DNA of 64,000 nucleotides from Planctomycetota bacterium (GTDB lineage: Bacteria; Planctomycetota; UBA1135; UBA2386), in NCBI GenBank assembly GCA_947501605.1, contig CANMWZ010000008.1, positions 32,001-96,000 of the forward strand. Direction: 5' to 3'. The position numbers and the translations under genes are program-made. This document shows, in pieces, positions 18,201 to 27,235 of this stretch (the first letter of the stretch is position 1; each line of letters opens with the position of its first letter). The notes beneath the pieces were generated by a model. The model searched no databases and was not told the origin of the DNA. It saw only the letters and a list, made by a program, of their open reading frames with translations.

Positions 18201-19274
18201 CCCATCCTGGTCGAGTTGCGCGAGGCCGCCGCCAAGCAGGCGGCCACGCTGACCCCGGAAATCCTGGCGATGGTCGCTCTCGATGTTGCAGCCGATATCG
18301 AACGCCAGGGGCAACCCGACGTGGCCTTGCGAATCCTCGCCGAAACGTGGCGCACCATGCCGGTGCAGAGCAACGCGACGCCACGGGATGCGGAACGACT
18401 GGTAGAGCAGGGCCTCGTGCTTCCGGCCTTCGAGCTACTTGCCAAGTTGCGTGCAATCGGGGCCGAGGGCGACCAAGAGGAAGCGGCGCGGGCGCTGTTC
18501 CGCCTCGCGACCAGCCGCAGCAGCGACCTGCCGCAACCGACACGCGATGCGATGCGCGCGGCCGCCCTCGCCGACTTGACGCAGCAACGACATGAGGCTG
18601 AGGCATTCGCCTACCTCCTAGCCGAGGAGTCACGGCTCGAGCACCTGCCGATGACCGAACTCGAAGCAATGGTCTCGGCGGCGGTGCGAGCCTGCTGTCG
18701 CGCCAAGGGTGACTGGAGCATCGCGCTTCGTGCCCTCGGTCTGGTGGAGAAGGCAGCAGGCGCAACGAAGGCGCTCGCGCTGTGTGACACGTTGCTCTCC
18801 GAACACCCGACGATGCCGCAGCTTTGGCTCGAACGCGCCCGCCTCATGACGGCGGCGCGGGAGGCCCAGGTCGGAATCGCCGGCGCCCGGAGCTTCCTTG
18901 GCTACATTGTTGACCCCGCATTCGCGATCGAGTTCGTGGCGCTCGCCGCCACGCATCGGCGCCTCTCGCTCGAAGACGTTTCGATGTTCGAGCGCCTACC
19001 GCCGGAAGTGCGCGCGACCCCGCGCGGCCAATTTGCGGCAGGTCTGATCGCGTTGCGGCGCGGTGCGGCAGCAACTGCCGAGCAACTCCTGGCCGCCGCC
19101 GGCGATCAGGGAGAACTCAGCCTCTTCGCCCGCGCACTCGCGAACCTGATGCTGCCAGGTCAACCCGCCAAGATCCGCGCCAAGCAACATCTCACGACCT
19201 TGCTCGAACGCTACCCGAGCAGTTCGCTGGCACGAAACGTCGGCAGCTTCGTCCGCCAGTTGTCGCCGAACTGA
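15234..19274 (+). CDS. Large TPR-repeat protein with N-terminal signal/anchor (1346 aa)
   Basis: AAGGA RBS; hydrophobic N-terminus; Ala/Leu-rich helical repeats; typical TPR ending LLERYPSS. Occupies the position PrsT holds in exosortase loci. Confidence 0.8.
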   Translation: MFRRSLILILALLLLSLAFTVGYALLPLRGPEDLLADARMKLQQGEAVAGVKLLDQSEVSPALLNTPGLRREVWKMRLQAHRTLDVPRRALDDIENLIREGDEDLSLRMDRVYYLGRLGQGDEARKLALEFTAANPNVARGLELAAEACKVAYTDPLRETSKNLRAELGYDDQRDGMAAFLEFVYRPEGDPGIEAARQKLQILYSREARLAQKWPVLHDQLRGLRERVQEALTLFQRALEVAGSEPTQRGNNLFAAAYNGVAFALQQAERTDDLVAQSEIYLSTYGHGYRTDAAIAETAANYRDGLYEAAVEAAERFLPDAQLGERLAKNAVLWQIRSLIVIKALALYRLGRREELGNLAQTCTKYMEGRGYLNALPGLLWGLANVLGKQREHTANNLGWFIDMSLREPAPQNDDDPVDLLMPLRIEYAISDGKPVTELLATLDSWSVYRPSNPLPQVMRARLQIRFGQEAAAMATANAILQQRPEDEEALRLLAEAADLAYRASQQDGNSLLLQCLQRGTDRPDAPPAPICYLLCGEAALKQQRPVLARSCARLAADRFPWSRWPFLLEARAEILANNAEGAIEVLDRLIVSHPECDEAVRLAFEVRTANEMPVRALLPMAVRVMPDSKDVLAALLRCAIEDDSPGLLALARRAIAMPDASAKLLALAATAVASKGEAINALTVLARARAAMPPTLDARTGADLLSAGLACLTASAAVTEDAMLLELARMAVADLHWNGPEAARAFATAAAALWRTKRPRTASMLLGEALALGDAIEIRDGATHALAGELSLALGRTEAARTHFTAALSFDDGVHAAESLARLEFLHGDTARAIAALAMAPIVEDPALAILLGHSGANVLVQKQLARDPSDLLVATAYALTVTGKPRPFGEELGRAPADLQREVLTLCCQLAEPRLAGQAVQSAATLRQRLISSPTLAMLHARALAAAGDVTAAAAIHATLFENGSRSLPLYGEVVRARALPGYVVPRPILVELREAAAKQAATLTPEILAMVALDVAADIERQGQPDVALRILAETWRTMPVQSNATPRDAERLVEQGLVLPAFELLAKLRAIGAEGDQEEAARALFRLATSRSSDLPQPTRDAMRAAALADLTQQRHEAEAFAYLLAEESRLEHLPMTELEAMVSAAVRACCRAKGDWSIALRALGLVEKAAGATKALALCDTLLSEHPTMPQLWLERARLMTAAREAQVGIAGARSFLGYIVDPAFAIEFVALAATHRRLSLEDVSMFERLPPEVRATPRGQFAAGLIALRRGAAATAEQLLAAAGDQGELSLFARALANLMLPGQPAKIRAKQHLTTLLERYPSSSLARNVGSFVRQLSPN

Positions 19275-20092
19275 GCGAGCGACGCGGACACCGTGGTGAA
19301 ACGGAACTCGCCAAGCAAGCGATCGAGTTTGGGCAGGGTCTTGCGCAGGTTCACGTAGTGGCGAAAGCCGCGCAGCCCGCCGAGCGGTTGGCGGGGCTGA
19401 TCCGGATCCACTTCCCACGGGTGTAGATAGACGCAGCCCGGCGCTCCACGTCGCTCCTGTTGCCAAAGTCCTCGGCGCAGCATCCAGAGCGGGAACAGGC
19501 GCAGATAGCCGCCCCCACCGACCGGCAGACGCCTACCGAAGACGTCCCAACACAAGGGCGGCACCTCGAGCACTTCCCCGTCAGCGGTCGCCAGTCGATA
19601 CGGCGAACTCGGCGCGCCGCGCACCCCGTAGTCGGGGTGCAAGATTGGATAGATCGAACTGTCGATGGTGAAGCCAGCTGCCAGCAACTCATCGATCGCC
19701 CACGCCGAGCGCTTGGTGATCGACCACGTGCAAGCCCGGAATGCGCGCGGCCGTTCGCCACAGATCGACTCGAGCAGGTCGCTCGTGAGGCGGAGTTCGT
19801 TGGCGAAGCCCGCGCGCCCGACATCTGGCAGCAGCTGGTGGTCGTAGCCGTGACTGCCGATCTCATGACCGGCCGCGTGCACTTCGGTGACGAGGCGCGG
19901 TGCGCGCTCGGCGATCCAACCGAGAAAGAAGAACGTGGCGCGGGCCTGTCGCCGATCGAACAAGTCGAGCAAACGGCGCGTTGCATCGACGCAGCGGAGT
20001 TCGAAGCGGTCCCAATCCGCTCGGTCGATCTGCTGGCTCATGTTGAGGACCTGAAACCAGTCCTCGACATCGACCGATAGCGCGTGCGCCAT
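19211..20092 (-). CDS. Polysaccharide deacetylase, exosortase-A-system type (DUF3473)
   Basis: HALSVDVEDWFQV, ATFFFLGWIAE, HEIGSHGYDH, DSSIYP, GGGGYLRLFP, YLHPWEVDPDQPR, FRHYVNL. Confidence 0.93.
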   Translation of the reverse strand: MAHALSVDVEDWFQVLNMSQQIDRADWDRFELRCVDATRRLLDLFDRRQARATFFFLGWIAERAPRLVTEVHAAGHEIGSHGYDHQLLPDVGRAGFANELRLTSDLLESICGERPRAFRACTWSITKRSAWAIDELLAAGFTIDSSIYPILHPDYGVRGAPSSPYRLATADGEVLEVPPLCWDVFGRRLPVGGGGYLRLFPLWMLRRGLWQQERRGAPGCVYLHPWEVDPDQPRQPLGGLRGFRHYVNLRKTLPKLDRLLGEFRFTTVSASLAQFGDNWRTKLPTFRASELLG

Positions 20093-20094
20093 CG

Positions 20095-21618
20095 TCACGG
20101 CAACAACCCTCTGGCCTGCTTCATCAGGGAAGCGAGTAACGCTTCGCAGCGCGCATCGGCCGCCGCTTCGCCGCCCGGGCCATCGGCATAGGTCTCGACG
20201 CGCAGCAAGAAGCCGTCGTTGGTCGAGCGAAACAGCGCTCGCGGTGCGTGGTGCAGGAAGAACTCGAGATAGCTGCCGGTGCACAGACCGTGCGAGCCGT
20301 AGGCATAGAGACTCAGGTACGGGCGACCGCCGCGGCGCGTCCGCAGCAGGATCCGGCCGGCCTGGTCCGTCTCGCCCGACGACAACTCCACCTTCCCTTC
20401 CCCCACGATGTCCATGTCGCTACCAAGCAGGCAGATGTGCGGCGGGTGGATGCTCTTCCAATTGCTGCCATGAAACACAGCGACGACAAACATCGTCTGC
20501 TGGGCTTCGTCTTCGTAGCGCCGCCAGGTGGCGTCGTCGGTGCCGAGCAGTTGGAACATGCGCGGCGTCATCGCGAACAGTTCCTTCTGCTCAAAAGGCC
20601 CGATCACCGCAGGCAGCGCCACGGCGCGGCCCGAACGATCTGCTTCCGGCTTGGTCAGCGACAAGAGGAGGAGACCAAGTGCAAAGGGCCACAAGACCGC
20701 ACCGAGGCGCGTTGCCGAGTGACCAGTCGCCGGCGGCGGCGCCAACACTGCGGCCAGCGGCAGCCTCTCGGAAGTTGGCGGCCCAGCCGAGCTCCGTTGC
20801 GCTGCCCGACTGCGCGACAGCAGGGCATCCATGCCGAGGACCAGGGTCAGGTCGACGACCCATGCCAAGCCGTTCAAGACATCGTGGCCCGTGGCGCTCG
20901 CGAACTGGACACCTTCGAAGTAGGCCAGCCAGCAAATCGCAGTGATGCGAAGGAGGTTGACGAACACGGCGATCGGAGCTGCCGCCAAGAGCAACAGCAC
21001 TCGCCGCCACATCGTCTTAGGACCGACGAAGAACGCGATGCAATAGACCAGCGTGATCATCGCCAGCAACGACCGGAGGCCACCGCACGGGTCGGCGACG
21101 TTCAAGGACTCGGTCTGGCCAGGAACGAACAACGACGCACCTTCGTTGGTGATCGCAAGCCCGGTGTTCTCCGCGAGCCACACTCCCCCGCGCACCGCGA
21201 TCTCCTTCAACTCGAAGGCCACTCGGTCGGTGACATAGATGGGCATCGGCACGGCGAATGCAAACATCCAAAGCACTGGCCAGAGACCAGCAAGTCGGTC
21301 GCGGCCGAAGGCCACCCAGGCCGCGCCCGGAACCGCCAGGACGAGACTGGCGGCCGACAGCGAGTCGATGGTCAAGGCGGCACCGACGATATGCACGAAC
21401 AGCGCCGGACCGAGCAACCATAACCCGCGAAGGTCCAGGCGCGCTTCGCGCGAGCGCCAGTCCGATCGACGCCCCCAGATGACCGCCGCCATGACGATCG
21501 GGACCAGGGGCCCATGCGCGAAGTAGCCCTCGGGCAGGGACCACAGCTCCCAGCACCACCACAGCGGCAGGGCGTAGGCGAGGATCAGGGGTGCGATGAC
21601 GGCGAGGATCGGATTCAC
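20095..21618 (-). CDS. xrtA: Exosortase fused to an EpsI-like domain
   Basis: Multi-TM protein with HGPLVP and the Cys-Arg-His triad (VADPCGGLRSL, NLLRI, HDVLNG); C-terminal EpsI-like region with IHPPHICLLG. The subtype is inferred from gene context. Confidence 0.85.
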   Translation of the reverse strand: MNPILAVIAPLILAYALPLWWCWELWSLPEGYFAHGPLVPIVMAAVIWGRRSDWRSREARLDLRGLWLLGPALFVHIVGAALTIDSLSAASLVLAVPGAAWVAFGRDRLAGLWPVLWMFAFAVPMPIYVTDRVAFELKEIAVRGGVWLAENTGLAITNEGASLFVPGQTESLNVADPCGGLRSLLAMITLVYCIAFFVGPKTMWRRVLLLLAAAPIAVFVNLLRITAICWLAYFEGVQFASATGHDVLNGLAWVVDLTLVLGMDALLSRSRAAQRSSAGPPTSERLPLAAVLAPPPATGHSATRLGAVLWPFALGLLLLSLTKPEADRSGRAVALPAVIGPFEQKELFAMTPRMFQLLGTDDATWRRYEDEAQQTMFVVAVFHGSNWKSIHPPHICLLGSDMDIVGEGKVELSSGETDQAGRILLRTRRGGRPYLSLYAYGSHGLCTGSYLEFFLHHAPRALFRSTNDGFLLRVETYADGPGGEAAADARCEALLASLMKQARGLLP

Positions 21619-22793
21619 GTGCCGACTCCCAGCAAGAGTTCTGCGGCAATGGCCTCGACGCGTGCGGCGTTGCCGTCCCAGGTGTAGTTGCGTTGCCGCA
21701 GCAAGGACTCACCAGCCGCGCCAAGCCGTTGCCGCAGCGCCGAGTCCTCGACGAGCTGCAGCAGATTCTGCGCGAGACTCTCGATCTCGCCCGGCTCGAA
21801 CAGCAGCGCATGCACCCCATGGGTGACGACCTCGCGCAAGTTGGCCTGATTGGGCGCGATCGTCGCCACACCAGCAGCCAGGGAATCGAACAGCTTGAGC
21901 GGTGAGGCGTAGTCGTTGATCGCCGGAATCAAAGCCACATCGAAGGCGCAAACGTGAGCCGGCACGAGCGAACTCGGAACGGTCCCGAGCACATGCATGC
22001 GCGACTGCAGCGAGGCGGATGCCGCCTGTTGCACGAGACCAGACAGCGCCGGCCCGTCTCCGAGCAGCACGAGATGCAGATGACGGAACTGTGGTCGCTG
22101 CATGAGCGACAGCACAAGCTCGAGCCGGTGCCACGGCCGCATGTAGCCAACAAAACCGACCACAACCGCGTCTTCGGGCAGGTTCCAGCGGCGACGGATG
22201 GCGTCACCCGCGGAGCGGGCAGCTAGGTCGTAGCGCCCAGGCTCTGCCCCGTTGCCGATCACGCGGATCGCCTCTTTGCGCGCGCCGAGTTGGACCAATC
22301 GACTGCCGAGCACCTCGGTGACCGCGAGCACGCGATCCGCGGAGGTGAGCACCAAGCGCTCGGTTGCTCGCGCACGGCGCGGCAAGCGCAGCAGACCCAG
22401 TTTCTCCATCTCGTCCGCCATCGGCGAGTTGACCTCCAACAAGAGCGGCACAGAGAGTTCACGAGCCACGTCGAGACCGGCGCGGCAATGCAGCGCATGA
22501 CGTTCGTAGACGAGGTGCGGGCGCAACTTGGCCGCAGCGTCGCGCAGCATCGAGCGGGCGCGGCGATTGTAGGCTACCTCCAACACCTCGACCGCGGCGC
22601 GAGGCAACGACAGGCGTTGCCAGAACGAGGCCTTGCCCTTGGCCGACGCCGCGGTGGCATTGGTCTTCTGCACCAAGGCGCACTCTTGGACTTCGTGGCC
22701 GCGGTGGCGCAGCGCTTCGATCAGCTCGCGAACATGAACGGCTTGGCCGTCATCAGCACGGATGCGATGGTGATAGAGGATGCGCAAACTCAT
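21615..22793 (-). CDS. GT4 family glycosyltransferase
   Basis: DGQAVHVRELI, YERHAL, LEVNSP, GFVGYMRPWH, GDGP, YASPLKLFD. Confidence 0.9.
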   Translation of the reverse strand: MSLRILYHHRIRADDGQAVHVRELIEALRHRGHEVQECALVQKTNATAASAKGKASFWQRLSLPRAAVEVLEVAYNRRARSMLRDAAAKLRPHLVYERHALHCRAGLDVARELSVPLLLEVNSPMADEMEKLGLLRLPRRARATERLVLTSADRVLAVTEVLGSRLVQLGARKEAIRVIGNGAEPGRYDLAARSAGDAIRRRWNLPEDAVVVGFVGYMRPWHRLELVLSLMQRPQFRHLHLVLLGDGPALSGLVQQAASASLQSRMHVLGTVPSSLVPAHVCAFDVALIPAINDYASPLKLFDSLAAGVATIAPNQANLREVVTHGVHALLFEPGEIESLAQNLLQLVEDSALRQRLGAAGESLLRQRNYTWDGNAARVEAIAAELLLGVGT

Positions 22794-23998
22794 CGCCGCA
22801 CCCCCAGCGCCGCGGCATCAAGCCCGAGCGCTTGGCGAAAAATGGTGCACAGTTGCAGCACAGGCGACTCCCATCCGAACTGCTCGGCGTGCTGGCGCAC
22901 GCGCGCGGGTTCGGCCGGCACGGCGAGCACTGCCGCAATCGCTGCGGCCAGAAGGTCCGCATCCGGTTCCGCGATCAGGGCCCCAAGCGAACCATCCGCT
23001 GGTGGCGGGTCGCCGAGAATCTCGGGGATACCGCCGGTCCGGGTCGCCACAACACGAAGCCCTGAAGCCAGCGCCTCGGTGACCACATTGGGCCAGCCTT
23101 CGCGTTCGCTCGGTAACACGAGCAGGTCGCAAGCCCGACACGCCAGCGCCACACGTTCCGGTGGCTGGGTGCCGAGGAAAATGACGCGGTCCCCACCGGC
23201 ATCCTGGATGACCGAGCGGTCGGGACCATCGCCGACCAAGACGAGACGGACGTCGTTTGGCAACTGCGACAGCGCCGCGGCAGCAAGATGAAAGCCCTTG
23301 GCCGCGACCTGGCGGCCGATGCCGAGCAACAGCCGCCCGTTCGCAGGCAGGCCGAGTTCTCGTCGCGCCGAGGCGGCGTTGCCGGGGCGGAAGCGCTCGA
23401 GATCGACTCCGTTGCGGGCCACTTCGACGTGGTCCATCGGTAGTCCAGCCGCGTGGGCGAACCGATCCGCGAGTGCTCGGCTCACCGCGTAGCAACGCAC
23501 AGCCCGGGGGACGGCTTCGGCAATGCGAGCGCGAATGACCGAGTCTTTTGCGAGTACGTTGATATCCGTGCCGCGAGCCGTCATCACGAACGGCAGGGAC
23601 AATTGCCGCGCGATCACCGCCGCGGCAATGCCATCGGGCCAGACATAGTGCGCGTCGAGCACGACCTTGCGACCCTTGGCGAGCGTGCGAACCAAGTCGA
23701 TTGCCCCGGCTGCGACGGCATCGGCCTGTCGTCGCGCCGACAACCCTGGCCAGTGGCGGAAGCGCGGATGGTGTACGACCACGGAGTCCACCACCTCGCG
23801 ATCGGGAACCGTGTGCCAGCGTTTGTAGAGTCCGTTCCGGACAAGCCAAGCGACCTGCGGCACCGGTGCGACCACTTGCCAATCCACCTCGGGCATCGCC
23901 GCAGCAACGCGGGTCATACGCTCTTGCACGAAGATTCCGTGCGTCGGCATGACCGACGACGGAAACAGGTTGGTGAATGTCAACACCAACGGCTTCAT
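22790..23998 (-). CDS. GT4 family glycosyltransferase (TuaC/WlbH-like)
   Basis: TNLFPS...HGIFVQER, DAHYVWPDG, TARGTDIN, NGVDLERF, PSEREGWPNVVTEALASG; ATG overlaps the asnB stop. Confidence 0.92.
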   Translation of the reverse strand: MKPLVLTFTNLFPSSVMPTHGIFVQERMTRVAAAMPEVDWQVVAPVPQVAWLVRNGLYKRWHTVPDREVVDSVVVHHPRFRHWPGLSARRQADAVAAGAIDLVRTLAKGRKVVLDAHYVWPDGIAAAVIARQLSLPFVMTARGTDINVLAKDSVIRARIAEAVPRAVRCYAVSRALADRFAHAAGLPMDHVEVARNGVDLERFRPGNAASARRELGLPANGRLLLGIGRQVAAKGFHLAAAALSQLPNDVRLVLVGDGPDRSVIQDAGGDRVIFLGTQPPERVALACRACDLLVLPSEREGWPNVVTEALASGLRVVATRTGGIPEILGDPPPADGSLGALIAEPDADLLAAAIAAVLAVPAEPARVRQHAEQFGWESPVLQLCTIFRQALGLDAAALGVRR

Positions 23999-25851
23999 GC
24001 GCACCACCGGCGGAGGAAGCGCGCAAACATCAGCACCGCCCACAGCATTTCGGCGTGGTCGCGCACCCCGCGCCGGTGCTGCACGAGCATCGAGCGCACG
24101 ACTTCTGGGTCGACCCACTCGCGCAACTGTCGGCCCTCGAGTTCCAAGCTCAACAAGTCACCAACACGACCCTGCAGCCAACTGCGCAGCGGCACCGAGA
24201 ATCCCTGCTTCTTGCGGGTCAGCGCCGCCGGATCGAGCCGGCGCGCCAACGCGCGTCGAAGGAACACCTTGGTCTGTGCCCCATGCAACTTGCGGGCAGT
24301 CGGAATCCGCGCGGCGAACTCGACCATCTTCTGGTCGAGAAACGGCGCTCGGACTTCAAGCGCGGTCGCCATCGAGGTGCGGTCGACTTTGACCAGGATG
24401 TCGCCCGGCAGCCACGTGGCGAAGTCGGCAGCGGTAGCTCGCTGCAGCGGATCCCGATTCTGACCACGTCGATACGCGTCGAGCACGGGCTGCAACGGAT
24501 CGCCGATCGCCGCGCGCAACTCCGGGCGAATTACCGAGAGGACTTCTTCCGGCAGATTGGCGCTGACGGAGCGCGCGTAGGCCAAGGCCGGATCGCGGGC
24601 CAGATTCTGCAGCGTGCGGCGAAGGCGTAGAGGTCTAGGCAGCCAATCGCCCTTCGGCGCCAGGGCGGCAAGCCCAGCCCACATGGACGAGGGGAGCCAC
24701 CCGCGCGCCTGGTTCTCTCGCCAGTCGAACACGTAGCGTCGATAGCCGCAGAAGTTCTCGTCGCCGCCATCTCCGGACAAGGCCACGGTCACGTGCTTCC
24801 GCGCCAGCCGGCTGACGTGGTACGTCGGCACCGCACTGCTGTCGGAGAAGGGCTCATCAAACGTCTGTGCTAGCCAGTCGATCTCGGTCATCGCCGCAAT
24901 CGAAAGCTCTTCTTCGATGAGTTCGGCTCCGCATGCTCTGGCCGACTGTCTCGCACCGGCGCGTTCGTCGAAGGCGGGATCGTCGAACCCAATCGTGCAG
25001 GCGCGAACCCCTCCACCTTGGCTGCGGATCATGGAATCGACCACGGCGTAGCTGTCGATGCCGCCGGACAGGAACGGCGCCAGTGGCACCTCGCCCATCA
25101 ATCGGATCTTGGTGCACTCATCGAGCAGCGACAGGGCGGCCGCCTGCTGCTCTGGCTCTGACCGATCGTCGACCTCATCGAAAGGGATGTCCCAGTAGCG
25201 CTCCGTCCGGACGGCATCGCCACGAACGAGGCACCAGTGTGCCGGCGGCAACTTGTTCACCGAGTTGAAGATGGAGATGGGGTCGGGAACGTAGCGAAGG
25301 GCAAAGAACTGCCCCACTGCATCAGGACGTAGCGTTCGATCGATGCCGAGCACGTGCAGCGCTTTGATCTCCGATGCGAAGGCAAAGCGACCATCCTGCA
25401 TCGTCCAATGAAACGGCTTCTTGCCCATCCGGTCACGGGCGCAATAGAGCGTGTGCTCATTCCGGTCGATCACGGCAAACGCAAACATGCCGCGAAGATG
25501 GCGCGCCAGACCCGTGCCCCATGCGCGATAGCCGTGGAGCAACACCTCGGTGTCGCTGTTGGTGCAGAACACCGCTCCTTCCTGCTCCAAGACTGCTCGG
25601 ACTTCCAGGTAGTTGTAGATCTCACCGTTGAAGGTAACCGTCAACGTCCCGTCCGCGGTCGTCATCGGCTGCTGCCCGCTAGCGAGGTCCACGATTGCCA
25701 AGCGCCGATGGGCAAAGCCCCAGCCTGGGCCGACGACGACGCCATCACCATCGGGGCCTCGGTGGGCCAATGCGTTCGCCATCGCTCGAAGCTGCTCGGT
25801 ATCGACGACTCGCGCGCGTTCGGAAAAGTAGACTCCGGTGATTCCGCACAT
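23995..25851 (-). CDS. asnB: Asparagine synthase (glutamine-hydrolysing)-family amidotransferase
   Basis: N-terminal MCGI, HRGPDG, FNGEIYN, LSGGIDS, SGDGGDE, KVDRTSMATALEVRAPFLD, KQGF. Confidence 0.95.
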   Translation of the reverse strand: MCGITGVYFSERARVVDTEQLRAMANALAHRGPDGDGVVVGPGWGFAHRRLAIVDLASGQQPMTTADGTLTVTFNGEIYNYLEVRAVLEQEGAVFCTNSDTEVLLHGYRAWGTGLARHLRGMFAFAVIDRNEHTLYCARDRMGKKPFHWTMQDGRFAFASEIKALHVLGIDRTLRPDAVGQFFALRYVPDPISIFNSVNKLPPAHWCLVRGDAVRTERYWDIPFDEVDDRSEPEQQAAALSLLDECTKIRLMGEVPLAPFLSGGIDSYAVVDSMIRSQGGGVRACTIGFDDPAFDERAGARQSARACGAELIEEELSIAAMTEIDWLAQTFDEPFSDSSAVPTYHVSRLARKHVTVALSGDGGDENFCGYRRYVFDWRENQARGWLPSSMWAGLAALAPKGDWLPRPLRLRRTLQNLARDPALAYARSVSANLPEEVLSVIRPELRAAIGDPLQPVLDAYRRGQNRDPLQRATAADFATWLPGDILVKVDRTSMATALEVRAPFLDQKMVEFAARIPTARKLHGAQTKVFLRRALARRLDPAALTRKKQGFSVPLRSWLQGRVGDLLSLELEGRQLREWVDPEVVRSMLVQHRRGVRDHAEMLWAVLMFARFLRRWCA

Positions 25852-25854
25852 GGC

Positions 25855-27234
25855 TCAGCGTCCCCACTTGGGCTGCGTTCGTCCGACCATGACCGGAACG
25901 GCACCGAACGGCGCACGATGGCGCACGGTCACGACATTGTTGCCCCGACCGCTCGCTTCGGCGACCGGCGGCTTCAGCCAGAGAGCAAGGCCGATCGCGC
26001 TGAAGCTCGTCACCAACGCCAGCCAGTGATAGAGCAAGTCAAAGTGGCCGCGGTTCAAGAACACGGCCCCGACCATGAAGCCCACTGTGGTTGCCTCCAT
26101 CATGCGGGCATAGTCCATGGCCCACCGCATGTCGGCTCGGGCCTTGCCCATGCGGAAGATCCGGCTGCACGAGAAGAAGACGGAGAACAACAGCACCAAG
26201 TAGATGGCGAAAGCAATCGTTCCGCTCTCGGCCCAGATCTGCAGGTACGAGTTGTGTGCAACATAGGTCGTGCTCGAGTCGACCTTCGCGACCTGGGCAT
26301 AGTCTCGATAACGGGACTGGAAGTTGCGCACCCCGACGCCGAAGACAGGATTGCCTTCGATCATCCGAAACGCGACCTTCCACGAGGTCAGTCGTGCGCT
26401 CGCGGACGACTCGGAGGTGTCGCCGATCGTCGACATGCGTTCGATGACTGAGCGCGGTGCGAAGACGAAGAACGCCATCACACACACCAACAAGCCCATG
26501 CTGGCGCGCACGAGATGGCCCGAACGCCATGCGATCCACACGGCAACCGCAACCAACGCGAGAAAGGCGCCGCGACTCTGCGTCAACAGCACCGTCATCG
26601 TCGTCAGGATGATGGCGATGCGGCTCGCCCGTCGCAGCCACCTGCGGTGACCCTCGCTCGAACCCAGGTACCACAGCAGTGGTACGTTCATGACCATGGC
26701 GAGCGCGAAGTCGTTGTTGTCTTCGAGCATCCCACCCGGACCGCGAAGGATGGTGGCGCCGCCGGTGAGGATGCCGAACACGCCGCCCTTGACGCCGTAG
26801 AAGGCCAAGCACACGGCGATCGTCAGCATCATCACTCGCAGGCGCTCCTTCGTGTTCACCTGACCGCTGGTGAACAACGCGATGACGATGATCTTGAGGA
26901 ACTCGAACAGGTAGCGGGTGACGTAATCATCCTGAGTCCGTGCTTGGACATAACTGAGGATGACGAGGGTGCCGAGAACCAGCATCAGCCACGAGCGCAG
27001 GTCCCACTTGGCAAACGGACGCCGCCCGCGCTCGTTTGCCCACCAGCCGGCGATCATTGCCATGCCGACGTAGAACGACAGGCGCATGTCGCGCGCAAAG
27101 CCCCAGCAGAGGTCTTGCGGACGCATGTAGGCGAGCCAACTGAAGACCAGGAGCCCGAGGAATGGCCTGCGGAAGCTGAGCGGCAACGCCAGCATCACGA
27201 TCCCGAAGACCATCAGGTCGCGAAACGCGCCCAC
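25855..27234 (-). CDS. O-antigen ligase/polymerase-like membrane protein (exosortase-A-associated O-glycosylation ligase type)
   Basis: Many TMs; YMRPQ, DNNDFALA, TQSRGAFL, NPVFGVG, AHNSYLQIWAESG. Confidence 0.88.
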   Translation of the reverse strand: MGAFRDLMVFGIVMLALPLSFRRPFLGLLVFSWLAYMRPQDLCWGFARDMRLSFYVGMAMIAGWWANERGRRPFAKWDLRSWLMLVLGTLVILSYVQARTQDDYVTRYLFEFLKIIVIALFTSGQVNTKERLRVMMLTIAVCLAFYGVKGGVFGILTGGATILRGPGGMLEDNNDFALAMVMNVPLLWYLGSSEGHRRWLRRASRIAIILTTMTVLLTQSRGAFLALVAVAVWIAWRSGHLVRASMGLLVCVMAFFVFAPRSVIERMSTIGDTSESSASARLTSWKVAFRMIEGNPVFGVGVRNFQSRYRDYAQVAKVDSSTTYVAHNSYLQIWAESGTIAFAIYLVLLFSVFFSCSRIFRMGKARADMRWAMDYARMMEATTVGFMVGAVFLNRGHFDLLYHWLALVTSFSAIGLALWLKPPVAEASGRGNNVVTVRHRAPFGAVPVMVGRTQPKWGR

Positions 27235-27235
27235 T

